64,000 bases of DNA, taken from positions 416,001-480,000 of the forward strand of contig CAWCNY010000005.1 of assembly GCA_963797095.1 (NCBI GenBank), written 5' to 3'. How positions within the stretch are numbered: position 1 is the first letter of the stretch; the number at the start of each line of letters is the position of its first letter. The notes under the pieces were generated by a model. That model was given only the letters and a program-made list of their open reading frames with translations, did no database searches and had not been told where the DNA came from. This DNA is from an uncultured Chloroflexia bacterium. GTDB taxonomy: Bacteria > Chloroflexota > Chloroflexia > QHBQ01 > JADMIH01. Made by a program: the position numbers and the translations under genes. Of this stretch, positions 19,273 through 28,014 are shown one piece after another.

Positions 19273-20466
19273 ATGGCAACAAATAACCACCCGGTAATTC
19301 TGTCCGCTGTGCGAACGCCCTTCGGCAAGTTCGGAGGCGGGCTTACGCCGCTTTCGGCGGTGGAATTGGGATCCATCGCCATGCGGGAGGCTATGAAGCG
19401 CGCCGAGATCGATACAAACGACGTAACGCATAACATCATGGGGTGCGTGGTGCAGGCTGGGTTGGGGCAGGTGCCCTCGCGCCAGGCGGCATTTAAGGCC
19501 GGGTTGGGAAGGGAAGTTACTTCCGACACCATCAACCGGGTGTGCGCCAGTGGCATGAGGGCCGTCACCCTCTCCAGCGACCTGATCAGGCTTGGGCACC
19601 ACAGCCTGATCGTGGCTGGCGGCATGGAATCCATGTCGAATGCGCCCTATTATGCGATGGGTGCGCGCTGGGGCTTGCGCATGGGCAACGGTGAACTTGT
19701 GGATGGCGTTGTGTACGACGGCCTGACAGACCCTGTGATGAAGGTGCACATGGGATCGCATGGCTCGAAGGTAGCCGCCGAGGAGGAGTGCAGCCGCGAG
19801 CAGCAAGACGGCTGGGCGTATCGCTCTCATCAGCGGGCAATAGCGGCCATCGATTCGGGGATCATGGCGCAGGAAATAGTGCCCGTATCCATACCCGACA
19901 AAAAGAAGGGTGAGATCGTGATCGATACGGATGAAGGGCCGCGCCGCGATACCTCGCTGGAGGCACTGGCGAAGCTCAAGCCCGTGTTCGACCCGAACGG
20001 CACGGTAACGGCGGGCAACGCTCCTGGCCTTAACGACGGCGCGGGTGCGCTGGTGGTGGCATCTTCAGATTATGCGAAGGCACACGGTCTGAAGCCGCTT
20101 GCTCGCATCCTCGGATATGGGGAAGCCGCCTGGGACACACCATACCTGGCGTATACTCCGGCGATGGCAGGGGAAAGGGCGCTCAAGAAACTCGGCATGA
20201 CCGTTGACGACCTCGATCTTGTGGAGATCAACGAAGCGTTCGCCAGCGTGACACTGATCAGCGCGTCGAAGCTCGGTTTGCCTGAGGAAAAAGTGAATGT
20301 CAATGGCGGTGCGATCGCGCTCGGGCACCCCATCGGCGCGTCGGGCGCACGCCTCATCACCACTTTGATCCACGAGCTTGGCCGTAGAGGCGGCGGCATC
20401 GGGATGGCCGCGATCTGCTCCGGTACGGCCCAAGGCGATGCGATTATTCTGCAAGTAGGTGAATAA
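19273..20466 (+). CDS. Acetyl-CoA C-acyltransferase (thiolase)
   Basis: AVRTPFGKFGG, INRVCASG, EINEAF, GGAIALGHPIGASG, AAICSG; AGGAG SD. Confidence 0.95.
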   Translation: MATNNHPVILSAVRTPFGKFGGGLTPLSAVELGSIAMREAMKRAEIDTNDVTHNIMGCVVQAGLGQVPSRQAAFKAGLGREVTSDTINRVCASGMRAVTLSSDLIRLGHHSLIVAGGMESMSNAPYYAMGARWGLRMGNGELVDGVVYDGLTDPVMKVHMGSHGSKVAAEEECSREQQDGWAYRSHQRAIAAIDSGIMAQEIVPVSIPDKKKGEIVIDTDEGPRRDTSLEALAKLKPVFDPNGTVTAGNAPGLNDGAGALVVASSDYAKAHGLKPLARILGYGEAAWDTPYLAYTPAMAGERALKKLGMTVDDLDLVEINEAFASVTLISASKLGLPEEKVNVNGGAIALGHPIGASGARLITTLIHELGRRGGGIGMAAICSGTAQGDAIILQVGE

Positions 20467-20467
20467 G

Positions 20468-20524
20468 TCCAAGTTCCAAGTTCCTGGTTCCATGCTCTAA
20501 CTCAGGAACCAGGAACCAGGAACC
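20468..20524. repeat. Heptamer inverted arms (TCCAAGT/TCCTGGT versus CAGGAAC)
   Basis: TCCAAGT TCCAAGT TCCTGGT TCC (20468-20491) and CAGGAAC x3 (20503-20523) are complementary arms. Confidence 0.85.
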
Positions 20525-20539
20525 TCTGAAGGAGACACA

Positions 20540-21040
20540 ATGGATTTTTTAGCTACGGCCCGAAGACAGATGCTTGCCGGACAGGTGAACGATGCACGCG
20601 AGCGACTGCTGGCCTCTTTCGAGAATCTTTCAGCAGAAGATATGCTTGAACCTGGGGCGAAAGGTAACTGGTCGATACGCGACATCCTGATCAATATCGC
20701 TGCCTGGGACCGTACCACAGCCGAGTGTTTCCGCGCAATGCTGGCGGGAGAGCGGCACCCACTACTGGATATGGACGAGGAGGGGGTGGCACAGTTTGAC
20801 CACGCCGCTTACGAGGCAGGTAAAGATAAGATGGTGGCTGACGCAGTACATGACCTTGATTCCGCTCGTGAAGACCTGGTCGATCTACTGAAAGATGTAT
20901 CGAACAGCGATATGTTTGCGCCCGCACCCGGCGATGAACACGCCGACATGTCGATAGCCGCCTGCCTTGCAGTTACAATCCACCTGGATGAAGAGAGCGC
21001 CGAGGCTATCGAACGATGGAGAGAGGCAAACGACAAGTAA
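20540..21040 (+). CDS. DinB superfamily protein
   Basis: WSIRDILINIAAWD motif, helical; AGGAG SD. Confidence 0.75.
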   Translation: MDFLATARRQMLAGQVNDARERLLASFENLSAEDMLEPGAKGNWSIRDILINIAAWDRTTAECFRAMLAGERHPLLDMDEEGVAQFDHAAYEAGKDKMVADAVHDLDSAREDLVDLLKDVSNSDMFAPAPGDEHADMSIAACLAVTIHLDEESAEAIERWREANDK

Positions 21041-21072
21041 GTCAGCTTCTATGATCTTTTCCTTCAGAATAC

Positions 21073-21108
21073 AAAACGGAGGCATGAGTGCATGCCTCCG
21101 TCCTTTAT
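21073..21108. terminator. Bidirectional intrinsic terminator
   Basis: ACGGAGGCATG-agtg-CATGCCTCCGT with A- and T-rich flanks between convergent genes. Confidence 0.8.
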
Positions 21109-21123
21109 TAACATCGTTTAGCG

Positions 21124-21363
21124 CTATTTCTTCTCTTCGCTATATTTGGCGTTGACCTCCAGCTCCCAGTACTCTTGCAGTTCTTTCTCGCGCTTGTGCT
21201 GGGCTTCCTGCCCTGCCTTCATTATCTCATCCACACGCGTCTTGATCTGCTCACGACTTACTTTGCCTGATGTCGGCGCAAGCAACATCGCGGCCACAGC
21301 GCCAACCCCTGCTCCCAGGGCCAGGCCCAACGTAAACTTCAGGGTCTTGCTAATGATGTTCAT
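21124..21363 (-). CDS. YtxH-like protein
   Basis: GLALGAGVGAVAAMLLAPTSG..SREQI; AGGAGG SD; TGCTATAAT at 21393-21385. Confidence 0.85.
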   Translation of the reverse strand: MNIISKTLKFTLGLALGAGVGAVAAMLLAPTSGKVSREQIKTRVDEIMKAGQEAQHKREKELQEYWELEVNAKYSEEKK

Positions 21364-21407
21364 CTTCCGCCTCCTTTCCGGTTCATTATAGCATAGCGGT
21401 CAGGAAC

Positions 21408-21449
21408 GAGTAAGGAGTGACGAGTGACGAGTGACGAGTGACGAGGGAT
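21408..21449. repeat. Heptamer tandem repeat (GAGTGAC)x4 plus 2 degenerate units
   Basis: GAGTAAG (GAGTGAC)4 GAGGGAT between the thrS stop and the ytxH promoter. Confidence 0.9.
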
Positions 21450-21469
21450 GTGTTTGGTGGTTGTGTTGT

Positions 21470-23314
21470 TTATAGTTCTGCGGACCTCTTGGCGATCCGG
21501 TCTTTCACCAGGGCATAGAAGTCGGCTAGAGGCATGTTGTTTTGCTGAGAGCCATCTCGCTTGCGCAGGGACACCGCGTTCTCTTGCATTTCGCGCGCGC
21601 CTACTACCAGCATGTAGGGTATCTTCATTAGCTGCGCGGCCCTGATCTTGGCGTTCATGCGGTCGTTGCCCAGGTCGGCTTCGGCCCGCACGTCCATATC
21701 TTTGAGTTCCTGGGCGATACGTGCTGCGTACTCGTTGTGAGCTTCGGCGACCGGGATCACTTTTACCTGGTCGGGTGAGAGCCACACAGGGAAGTTGCCC
21801 GCATAATGCTCAAGCAAGAATCCGACCATGCGCTCGTGCGTGCCGAGGGGGGCGCGGTGGATGCAGAGGGGCGTCTCGTCTTTGCCCTCATGGTTCGTGA
21901 AGACTAAGTCGAAGCGGGGAGGGACGGCAAAGTCTACCTGGTTCGTAGCAAGGGAGAACTCTCGACCTATGGCGCTCCAGATCTGAACATCTATCTTGGG
22001 GCCGTAGAAGGCTGCTTCGTCGGCCACCTCTACGAAGGGGATGCCGCCGTCTTGCATGGCGCGGCGCACCATATCCTCCGTATGGAGCCACAGGCGGTCG
22101 TTATCCACGTACTTCTTGCCGAGGCCCTTCTTGTCGTGCGTGCTGAAGCGCATTACGTACTTTTCGATGCCGAAAATCTCGAAGTATTTCAGATAGAGGT
22201 CGATCACTCCCAGGAACTCCTGCTCGAATTGCTCCTCCGAGCAATAGATGTGAGCATCGTTCATCTGCATGGAGCGGACGCGCATCAGGCCGAACAACTC
22301 CCCGCTCTTTTCGTAGCGATAGCACGTGCCGTATTCGGCGAGGCGCAGGGGCAGGTCGCGCCAGCTTCTCGTTTTGGCTGCGAAGATCTTGTGGTGGAAG
22401 GGGCAGTTCATCGGCTTCATGTAGTAGCGCACGCCTTCCAATTCCATAGGCGGGTACATACTCTCAGAGTAGTAGGGGAGATGGCCCGACCGTAGGAAAA
22501 GGGCTTCCTTCGAGAGGTGAGGGGACCTAACCCGCTCGTAACCGGCTTTGCGCTCCATTTCTTTGCCGAGATTCTCAAGCTCATCAATAATGATAGCGCC
22601 GCGAGGCTGCCACAAGGGGAGACCTGGGCCTACTTCGTCATCGAAGATGAAGATTTCAAGCTCGCGCCCAAGCTTGCGATGGTCGCGCTTCTTGGCCTCT
22701 TCGAGATATTGGAGGTGAGCCTGCAGCTCCTTCTTGTTTGACCATGACGTGCCGTAGATGCGCTGGAGCATGGGGTTGTGCTCGTCGCCGCGCCAGTAAG
22801 CTCCTGCTACGCTCTGTAGCTCGAAGGCATCGGGAGGCACCTGGCCCGTGTTCTCAACATGCGGCCCACGACACAAGTCTTCGAACGTGTCGTGCTTGTA
22901 CGTGCTGATCACCACATCTCCCTGGACTTCGTTGCCGTATTCGTCTACCTCGCCCTTGGCAAGCCCATCGATTAGCTCCAACTTGTAAGGTTGGTCGGCG
23001 AAAAGTTGGCGTGCCTCGTCGGCGCTCACCTGGCGATAAACGAATGGATACTTGCCCGCGATGATCTGGCGCATGCGCTTGGCGATCTTTTCGAGGTCGT
23101 CGGGCTGGAATGTACGCGGCTTGCCGTGTTCGTCGCGGCCCAGGTCGAAGTCGTAGTAGAAGCCGTTCTCTATAGGTGGGCCGATGGCGATCTTGGCCTC
23201 CGGGTAAAGCTCAAGCACCGCCTCGGCCATAATGTGCGCGGCGCTGTGCCTGATCTTATAGAGTTGGTCCTTTTTTTCCTGGCTGACCTCTCCAGGCATC
23301 TCAATTGCAACCAT
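21470..23314 (-). CDS. thrS: Threonine--tRNA ligase
   Basis: RHSAAHIMA, DLCRGPH, RDHRKLG, KPMNCP, FYGPKID, IHRAPLG; real start ATG 23314 after an AGGAGG SD. Confidence 0.98.
   Translation of the reverse strand: MVAIEMPGEVSQEKKDQLYKIRHSAAHIMAEAVLELYPEAKIAIGPPIENGFYYDFDLGRDEHGKPRTFQPDDLEKIAKRMRQIIAGKYPFVYRQVSADEARQLFADQPYKLELIDGLAKGEVDEYGNEVQGDVVISTYKHDTFEDLCRGPHVENTGQVPPDAFELQSVAGAYWRGDEHNPMLQRIYGTSWSNKKELQAHLQYLEEAKKRDHRKLGRELEIFIFDDEVGPGLPLWQPRGAIIIDELENLGKEMERKAGYERVRSPHLSKEALFLRSGHLPYYSESMYPPMELEGVRYYMKPMNCPFHHKIFAAKTRSWRDLPLRLAEYGTCYRYEKSGELFGLMRVRSMQMNDAHIYCSEEQFEQEFLGVIDLYLKYFEIFGIEKYVMRFSTHDKKGLGKKYVDNDRLWLHTEDMVRRAMQDGGIPFVEVADEAAFYGPKIDVQIWSAIGREFSLATNQVDFAVPPRFDLVFTNHEGKDETPLCIHRAPLGTHERMVGFLLEHYAGNFPVWLSPDQVKVIPVAEAHNEYAARIAQELKDMDVRAEADLGNDRMNAKIRAAQLMKIPYMLVVGAREMQENAVSLRKRDGSQQNNMPLADFYALVKDRIAKRSAEL
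23226..23281. repeat. Direct repeat copy 1 (thrS codons ~12-30)
   Basis: GCCATAATGTGCGCGGCGCTGTGCCTGATCTTATAGAGTTGGTCC(T7)CCTG; identical to 24782-24835 except for T-run length. Confidence 0.95.
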
Positions 23315-23326
23315 GTCAATCCTCCT

Positions 23327-23390
23327 ATTTTGGATTTTGGATCTTGGATTTTGGATTTTGGTCTTCAATCCGCAATCTATAATCCAAAAT
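23327..23390. repeat. Heptamer inverted arms (ATTTTGG)x5 / AATCCAA type in the thrS leader
   Basis: ATTTTGG ATTTTGG ATCTTGG ATTTTGG ATTTTGG, 5-nt loop, AATCCGC AATCTAT AATCCAA AAT; lies between the T-box terminator and the SD. Confidence 0.9.
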
Positions 23391-23662
23391 AAAAAGCCCC
23401 TCGCCCATACGGGACGAGAGGTTTGGCTCACGTGGTTCCACCCGAGTTTGACGCTGTCCTTCGACGATTAGTTGAAAAGGTGAGGCGTCCTCGTTTTGCC
23501 TGTAACGGTGCTATCCGGCATCGCATACTTGCCTTGTTGGCTTTGGGCGATGCAGCTATCAGGTGGTTTTCGCCGGGGGTTGGGTTGGGAGGCTCTCAGC
23601 CTGGGGCCTCTCCTCTCTGATTTCCCTGTGGCCGGGTACTCGTCCTGGTCGGTGCTTTTGGG
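23386..23662 (-). promoter_or_regulatory. T-box riboswitch, Thr specifier
   Basis: AGTA, AGAGA and GCTGAGA boxes; specifier loop GAAAACCA with ACC (Thr) at 23567-23565; T-box GGGTGGAACCACG at 23443-23431; terminator CCTCTCGTCCC-GTAT-GGGCGAGGGG-CTTTTT. Confidence 0.93.
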
Positions 23663-23759
23663 TCGGATATTGAGTTGTGTTGTTAATTATATCAGGGGTG
23701 TGGGTTGTGGTCAAGGGACCGGGAGACGTAGAAATAGTACATCTCAAGTTTGACCGGAC

Positions 23760-24548
23760 CTATGGAAGGCTCTCCGGCCCCTTGTCTACCCAGGTCTGAT
23801 AGAAGGTTAGGATTTCGTTGAAGTTGTACTCTTTCATGAGCAGAAGGCGGTCCCAGGCAGCGATGGCGAGAGGAGTGGTCATGCCTGTGGTATAGGGGGT
23901 GACTATGAGTTTGACGCTACCATATTTGCTTGGGGGCAGCTTGTTGAATAAGTCCTTTAGCTGCTGCTTTACGGCGTCAGAAACATCGGGTCGATAGTAG
24001 AGAACCACAGCACCGTGCTCCATGCTGTGAACGAAGTAGCCCTCAGGGATCTCAACGTCCGAGAAGCCATAGGGCGCCGTAGAGGGGTAGTGCGGGCCCG
24101 ACGAGGGAGGATACGTCCGGTAAATGATCATCGTCCCAGGGGCAACATGAGCATTACCTTCGTTGGGCACAGGCGTGCCAATACCGAGCACCGGGTTGGG
24201 CGTTGACCCGGCGGACTGGCTTGTTGATGTAGAGGATACAGTGCCGGTGTCTCGGGTGAGAAGGATGAATCCACCGAGCACCACGAGCACGATCAAGGTG
24301 AGCAGCCCATACAGCAGGGTTGGTCGAGTGGCGCGGTTTGAGGGAGATCCAGCCGCGGGTCGGGCTTGTTGATTACGCTGTCCTACGGGTCGCCCCGTAA
24401 TAGGTGGTAAAGCCGTGGCGGTAGAGGCAATTACCGTACGCGGCGTGTACGTCGGTAAGGGCGCATGATCGTGAGAAATGTCCTTACCACAATAGCCGCA
24501 GAAGGCGCTGCCAACAGGGATATTCTTGCCACAATATGGACAGGACAT
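23760..24548 (-). CDS. Zinc-ribbon + TM + DUF3105 domain protein
   Basis: CPYC..FCGYCG N-terminus; one TM; YPPSSGPHY, VHSMEHGAVVLYY, AIAAW. Confidence 0.85.
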   Translation of the reverse strand: MSCPYCGKNIPVGSAFCGYCGKDISHDHAPLPTYTPRTVIASTATALPPITGRPVGQRNQQARPAAGSPSNRATRPTLLYGLLTLIVLVVLGGFILLTRDTGTVSSTSTSQSAGSTPNPVLGIGTPVPNEGNAHVAPGTMIIYRTYPPSSGPHYPSTAPYGFSDVEIPEGYFVHSMEHGAVVLYYRPDVSDAVKQQLKDLFNKLPPSKYGSVKLIVTPYTTGMTTPLAIAAWDRLLLMKEYNFNEILTFYQTWVDKGPESLP

Positions 24549-24781
24549 TAACCGCCCCTCACAATGAATTAATAGTACGGGACAGGTAGCTGAATGGTCG
24601 TCGTAGGGTTTGTGGGTGAAAGTGTTGCTCTGGTTACAATAATGGATTACCTACGTCTGCGTCAATGAAAGCGGTCGCTAGATTGAGCGGCGAAGCACCA
24701 ACCTTAGCATTGGCCGCCTCGCACCCGGCGAACGTGCTGGTACAGGGCAACGTGTTTACCGTGCTATTGCAGGTGGTTGGT

Positions 24782-24835
24782 GCCATAATGTGCGCGGCGC
24801 TGTGCCTGATCTTATAGAGTTGGTCCTTTTTCCTG
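24782..24835. repeat. Direct repeat copy 2: intergenic 54-bp fragment of thrS
   Basis: Same orientation as 23226-23281, with T7 shortened to T5. Confidence 0.95.
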
Positions 24836-24862
24836 ATAGACCTTATCTCGCACGCATCAGGT

Positions 24863-24911
24863 CGAGAGCAAAGATCGGCCTTCCTATCGAAGATGCCGAT
24901 CTTTGCTCTCG
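24863..24911. terminator. Long hairpin (17-bp perfect stem), probable terminator
   Basis: CGAGAGCAAAGATCGGC / GCCGATCTTTGCTCTCG just past the stop of the 24938..25561 gene. Confidence 0.7.
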
Positions 24912-24937
24912 CTTAGGAAGGCTAGATCTCCCGCCGG

Positions 24938-25561
24938 CTACTGGATGCGCACAGCAGGCGCTATCTCCAACGCTTGCAAAGCAATTGTAAAAACTGCCAG
25001 GAGCATCACCAGGATAATGACGTTCCTGTAAAGGCGTTTCAAGCTGCCACCCGCCAGGGCGCTACCTACAAAATAGCCGGTGAGCGCCAGTTCGGCTGTC
25101 TGCCCAGCGAACCATCCGGCCAGCAGCGCTATACTCGCCGTTGAGATCGAGGCAAGTCCGAGCACCAAGGCACTCCACACAGCTGCACCCAACTTGAGGC
25201 CAAACAACGCGCCTTCGCGTCCACCGGCGATATGCAGGCTAAGCATGAGCCGGACCAATGTACCCGATAGCACCAGAAACGATGCATAGCCAACCGGGAT
25301 AAGCGCGAAAGCCTGAGCCGGAGGCAGCAAGAAGGGGTCAGGCTGAACGTACAACCCGGCCAGCAGACCACCATGCAGGAAAAAGTCGAAACCCAGCATG
25401 GCGAGCCAACCGAGTAGGACGATAAGAGTTATCCTCCCGGCGCTGTTCGGCAGCGCCACCTGATGCGCAACAATACCTGCTCTCTGCATGGCGATTAATT
25501 CTCCCAGTCTATCGTATGCGGAACTCAACGAGCGCCTACGGGAAGACCTCTCTGCTTGCAT
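24938..25561 (-). CDS. Hypothetical integral membrane protein
   Basis: About 5 TM segments, DFFLHGGLLA motif; start uncertain. Confidence 0.7.
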   Translation of the reverse strand: MQAERSSRRRSLSSAYDRLGELIAMQRAGIVAHQVALPNSAGRITLIVLLGWLAMLGFDFFLHGGLLAGLYVQPDPFLLPPAQAFALIPVGYASFLVLSGTLVRLMLSLHIAGGREGALFGLKLGAAVWSALVLGLASISTASIALLAGWFAGQTAELALTGYFVGSALAGGSLKRLYRNVIILVMLLAVFTIALQALEIAPAVRIQ

Positions 25562-25690
25562 GGTAACGACACAAGGTAAACAGATGGGTCAAAGCAGGTG
25601 GAAAGTTGGTATAATTAGATAAACATATCACCATCCACCATAGCACCCGTAAATCCCCACCAGGCAATTATCATAAGAGGAACACCAATC

Positions 25691-26926
25691 ATGGGCATCC
25701 ATTCAAACGGAACTACATCCAATAACGGCATACCGATGCGGTCGGTCTACCTGGACCACGCGGCCACCACAGGCGTGCTGCCTGAGGTGCTGGACGCGAT
25801 GATCCCCTATTACAGCGAGAAATACGGCAACCCATCGAGCGTACATGCATGGGGCCGGGCGGCGCACCAGGGTATGGAGGGCGCGCGGCGGCAGGTGGCG
25901 AAGGTGCTCCATTGCAGAGCGCGTGAGATCGTGTTCACGTCGGGAGGGACCGAGTCGGATAACCTGGCGATAAAAGGTGTGGCCTCGGCTTACAGGCGCG
26001 GTCAGAATCCCAACAAGCAGCCCACCGTGGGGCCGGGCCACATCATTATCTCTGCTATCGAGCACCACGCAATCATCCACTCGGCAGAAGAATTGGAGCA
26101 CTTCGGGTTTGAGGTGACAACCCTGCCCGTGGATAGCTACGGCATAGTGGACCCAGCCGATGTGGAGAGGGCGATGAGGCCCGATACTATATTGGTGAGC
26201 ATCATGTATGCAAACAACGAGATCGGCACGATCCAGCCTGTGCGCCAAATCTCTGAGATAGCGCACAAGGGCGGGGCCTACTTTCACACAGACGCAGTGC
26301 AGGGTGGCGCGTACCTCCCCTTGAATGTCGATGCGCTAGGAGCCGACCTGCTATCGCTGTCAGCCCACAAGTTCTATGGGCCGAAGGGGGTCGGCGTCCT
26401 CTACATCAGAAATGAGACGGCGATCCTGCCGATCCAGCACGGCGGCTCTCAAGAGATGAGGCGCAGAGCCTCGACCGAGAACGTGCCGGGGATCGTAGGG
26501 CTGGGAGTTGCGCTGGCGAGAGCACATGCCAACCTGGAGGCCGAAGGCGCATATGTAAGCGGGCTGCGCGATAAGCTGATCGCGAGCATACAGAAGCGGA
26601 TACCGGGTGCCCATCTGATGGGACACGCCACCAACCGCCTCCCCAACAACGTTAACTTCTGCATTGAGGGTATCGAGGCCGAGACCCTGCTACTCAAATT
26701 GGATATGCGCGGGATCGGCGCATCGAGTGGAGCAGCATGCGCTTCCGGGTCCACCGAGCCTAGCCATGTATTGCGCGCACTCGGAGTGCCTCGCGACCTG
26801 GCAGAGGGAAGCCTGCGCCTGACGCTTGGTATAGATAACAGCATCGAGGATATTGATTACGCATTGGATGTGCTGGAAAGCTGCGTCGCGGAGCTTCGCA
26901 CGAGCGAGCCGGCGCTCAATCTATAA
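25691..26926 (+). CDS. iscS: Cysteine desulfurase (IscS/NifS group I)
   Basis: YLDHAATT, GNPSS.H, FTSGGTESDN, SAHKFYGPKG, SSGAACASG; TGgTATAAT at 25607-25615. Confidence 0.93.
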   Translation: MGIHSNGTTSNNGIPMRSVYLDHAATTGVLPEVLDAMIPYYSEKYGNPSSVHAWGRAAHQGMEGARRQVAKVLHCRAREIVFTSGGTESDNLAIKGVASAYRRGQNPNKQPTVGPGHIIISAIEHHAIIHSAEELEHFGFEVTTLPVDSYGIVDPADVERAMRPDTILVSIMYANNEIGTIQPVRQISEIAHKGGAYFHTDAVQGGAYLPLNVDALGADLLSLSAHKFYGPKGVGVLYIRNETAILPIQHGGSQEMRRRASTENVPGIVGLGVALARAHANLEAEGAYVSGLRDKLIASIQKRIPGAHLMGHATNRLPNNVNFCIEGIEAETLLLKLDMRGIGASSGAACASGSTEPSHVLRALGVPRDLAEGSLRLTLGIDNSIEDIDYALDVLESCVAELRTSEPALNL

Positions 26927-26935
26927 AGGGACCAC

Positions 26936-27004
26936 GGAAGAAGGACGCACGACGAAAGACGAAGGTGCTAGATGCCACCGTCCTTCGTCTTTCGGCCTTC
27001 TTCC
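26936..27004. repeat. Heptamer inverted arms (GACGAAG / CTTCGTC type)
   Basis: GAAGAAG GACGCAC GACGAAA GACGAAG G versus CGTC CTTCGTC TTTCGGC CTTCTTC; the right arm encodes the ScpB C-terminus. Confidence 0.8.
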
Positions 27005-27591
27005 CGCTCTATGGTCGGCAATTGGTCGGGCCGCTCCAGCCCGAAGTGTTGGAGGAAGGCCAGCGTCGTCCCATAGAGGATGGGGTGTCCGACTGTATCT
27101 AGCCTGCCCACTTCCTGTATTAGGCCGCGCTGTAGAAGTGTATTGGTCACGCCTGTGCAGTCCACGCCCCGGACCGCCTCTATCTGGGGGCGCGTAACCG
27201 GCTGGCGGTACGCGATGAGAGCCAGGGTTTCCAGCGCTGCATCAGAGAGGCGCTGGCTAGCCTGGTGTCCCTTCAACTTATCAATGTAGAGAGCGGTTTC
27301 GGGCGCGCTCACCAGCCGGACTACGTCATTGAAGCGCTGCAAGCGAACGCCACGCATGCCTTCGGACAAGCTTTTGCCCAGGAAGTCAAGCACGCGCGCA
27401 AGGGTGGCCTGTCGAATGGCAAGCACGCGCCGCAGGTCGGCAAGAGAGAGCGGCTCTGCCGACACAAACAGCAGGGCTTCGGTGGCGGTCGCCATCTCCT
27501 GAATATCCTCGCGTTCCTCGCCGGGCTGGAGGGGATTGATGGGGGTTGGCGACCCCGCTCCCGTCTCCGTGGGAAGTGTATCGGTTGTCAT
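26968..27591 (-). CDS. scpB: SMC-Scp complex subunit ScpB
   Basis: EALLFVS, LSDAALETLALIAYRQPVTR.QIEAVRGVD, G.PILYGTT..FLQHFGL. Confidence 0.95.
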   Translation of the reverse strand: MTTDTLPTETGAGSPTPINPLQPGEEREDIQEMATATEALLFVSAEPLSLADLRRVLAIRQATLARVLDFLGKSLSEGMRGVRLQRFNDVVRLVSAPETALYIDKLKGHQASQRLSDAALETLALIAYRQPVTRPQIEAVRGVDCTGVTNTLLQRGLIQEVGRLDTVGHPILYGTTLAFLQHFGLERPDQLPTIEREEGRKTKDGGI

Positions 27592-27680
27592 CCGCCCGAC
27601 CTCGCTGGGGTCGAATAGCGAGCGGCGAGCGGCAGAGTCGTAATATCGCGCATAATGGCGCGGAAGCGAGCTGCGATCAT
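27588..27680 (-). CDS. 30-aa small ORF translationally coupled to scpB
   Basis: AGGAGA SD, ATG 27680, MIAARFRAIMRDITTLPLAARYSTPARSGG*, stop overlaps the scpB start as ATGA. Confidence 0.5.
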   Translation of the reverse strand: MIAARFRAIMRDITTLPLAARYSTPARSGG

Positions 27681-27774
27681 TGTGTCTCCTATTGCATCCT
27701 TAATAGCAGATGTGCCCGTCCCGCGCAAGGCAAATGCAGAGGCAATTGGCATTGTCTTTTCTAGCACCCACCTG

Positions 27775-27803
27775 TTGCCGCAGGCGTAGGGCTAAGGTAT
27801 AAT
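27775..27803 (+). promoter_or_regulatory. tRNA promoter TTGCCG-N17-TATAAT
   Basis: -35 at 27775-27780, -10 at 27798-27803. Confidence 0.75.
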
Positions 27804-27820
27804 AGTTGAGCAACAGTTCC

Positions 27821-27906
27821 GCGCGAGTGGCGTAACGGCAGCCGCGCTAGCCTTAGGAGCTAGTGCCCGTGAGGGCGTAAGGGTTCGAATCCCTTCTCGC
27901 GCACCA
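27821..27906 (+). tRNA. tRNA-Leu (anticodon TAG)
   Basis: Acceptor stem GCGCGAG/CTCGCGC, anticodon arm CTAGC-CTTAGGA-GCTAG (TAG at 27854-27856), long variable arm, GGTTCGAATCC, encoded CCA. Confidence 0.97.
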
Positions 27907-27940
27907 GGTCTTTTTGTACATATACGCTGATCCTGGATCA

Positions 27941-27975
27941 AGGAAAATTGGCGGCTAAGCCGCCAATTTTCTTTG
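27941..27975. terminator. Bidirectional terminator
   Basis: GAAAATTGGCGGC-taa-GCCGCCAATTTTC between the tRNA and convergent htrA. Confidence 0.85.
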
Positions 27976-28014
27976 TCTCGAACTAAGTCCTTTGTTTGCA
28001 AAGACATCACCTGC

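Noticed and set aside
23315-23431. N-terminal extension of ThrS in the ORF track (start 23431)
   Set aside because: It translates the T-box terminator and the heptamer tract; a clear AGGAGG precedes ATG 23314
27821-27975. tRNA-Leu as an integration site of a genomic island
   Set aside because: No integrase and no duplicated tRNA 3' end were noticed; a normal terminator and htrA follow
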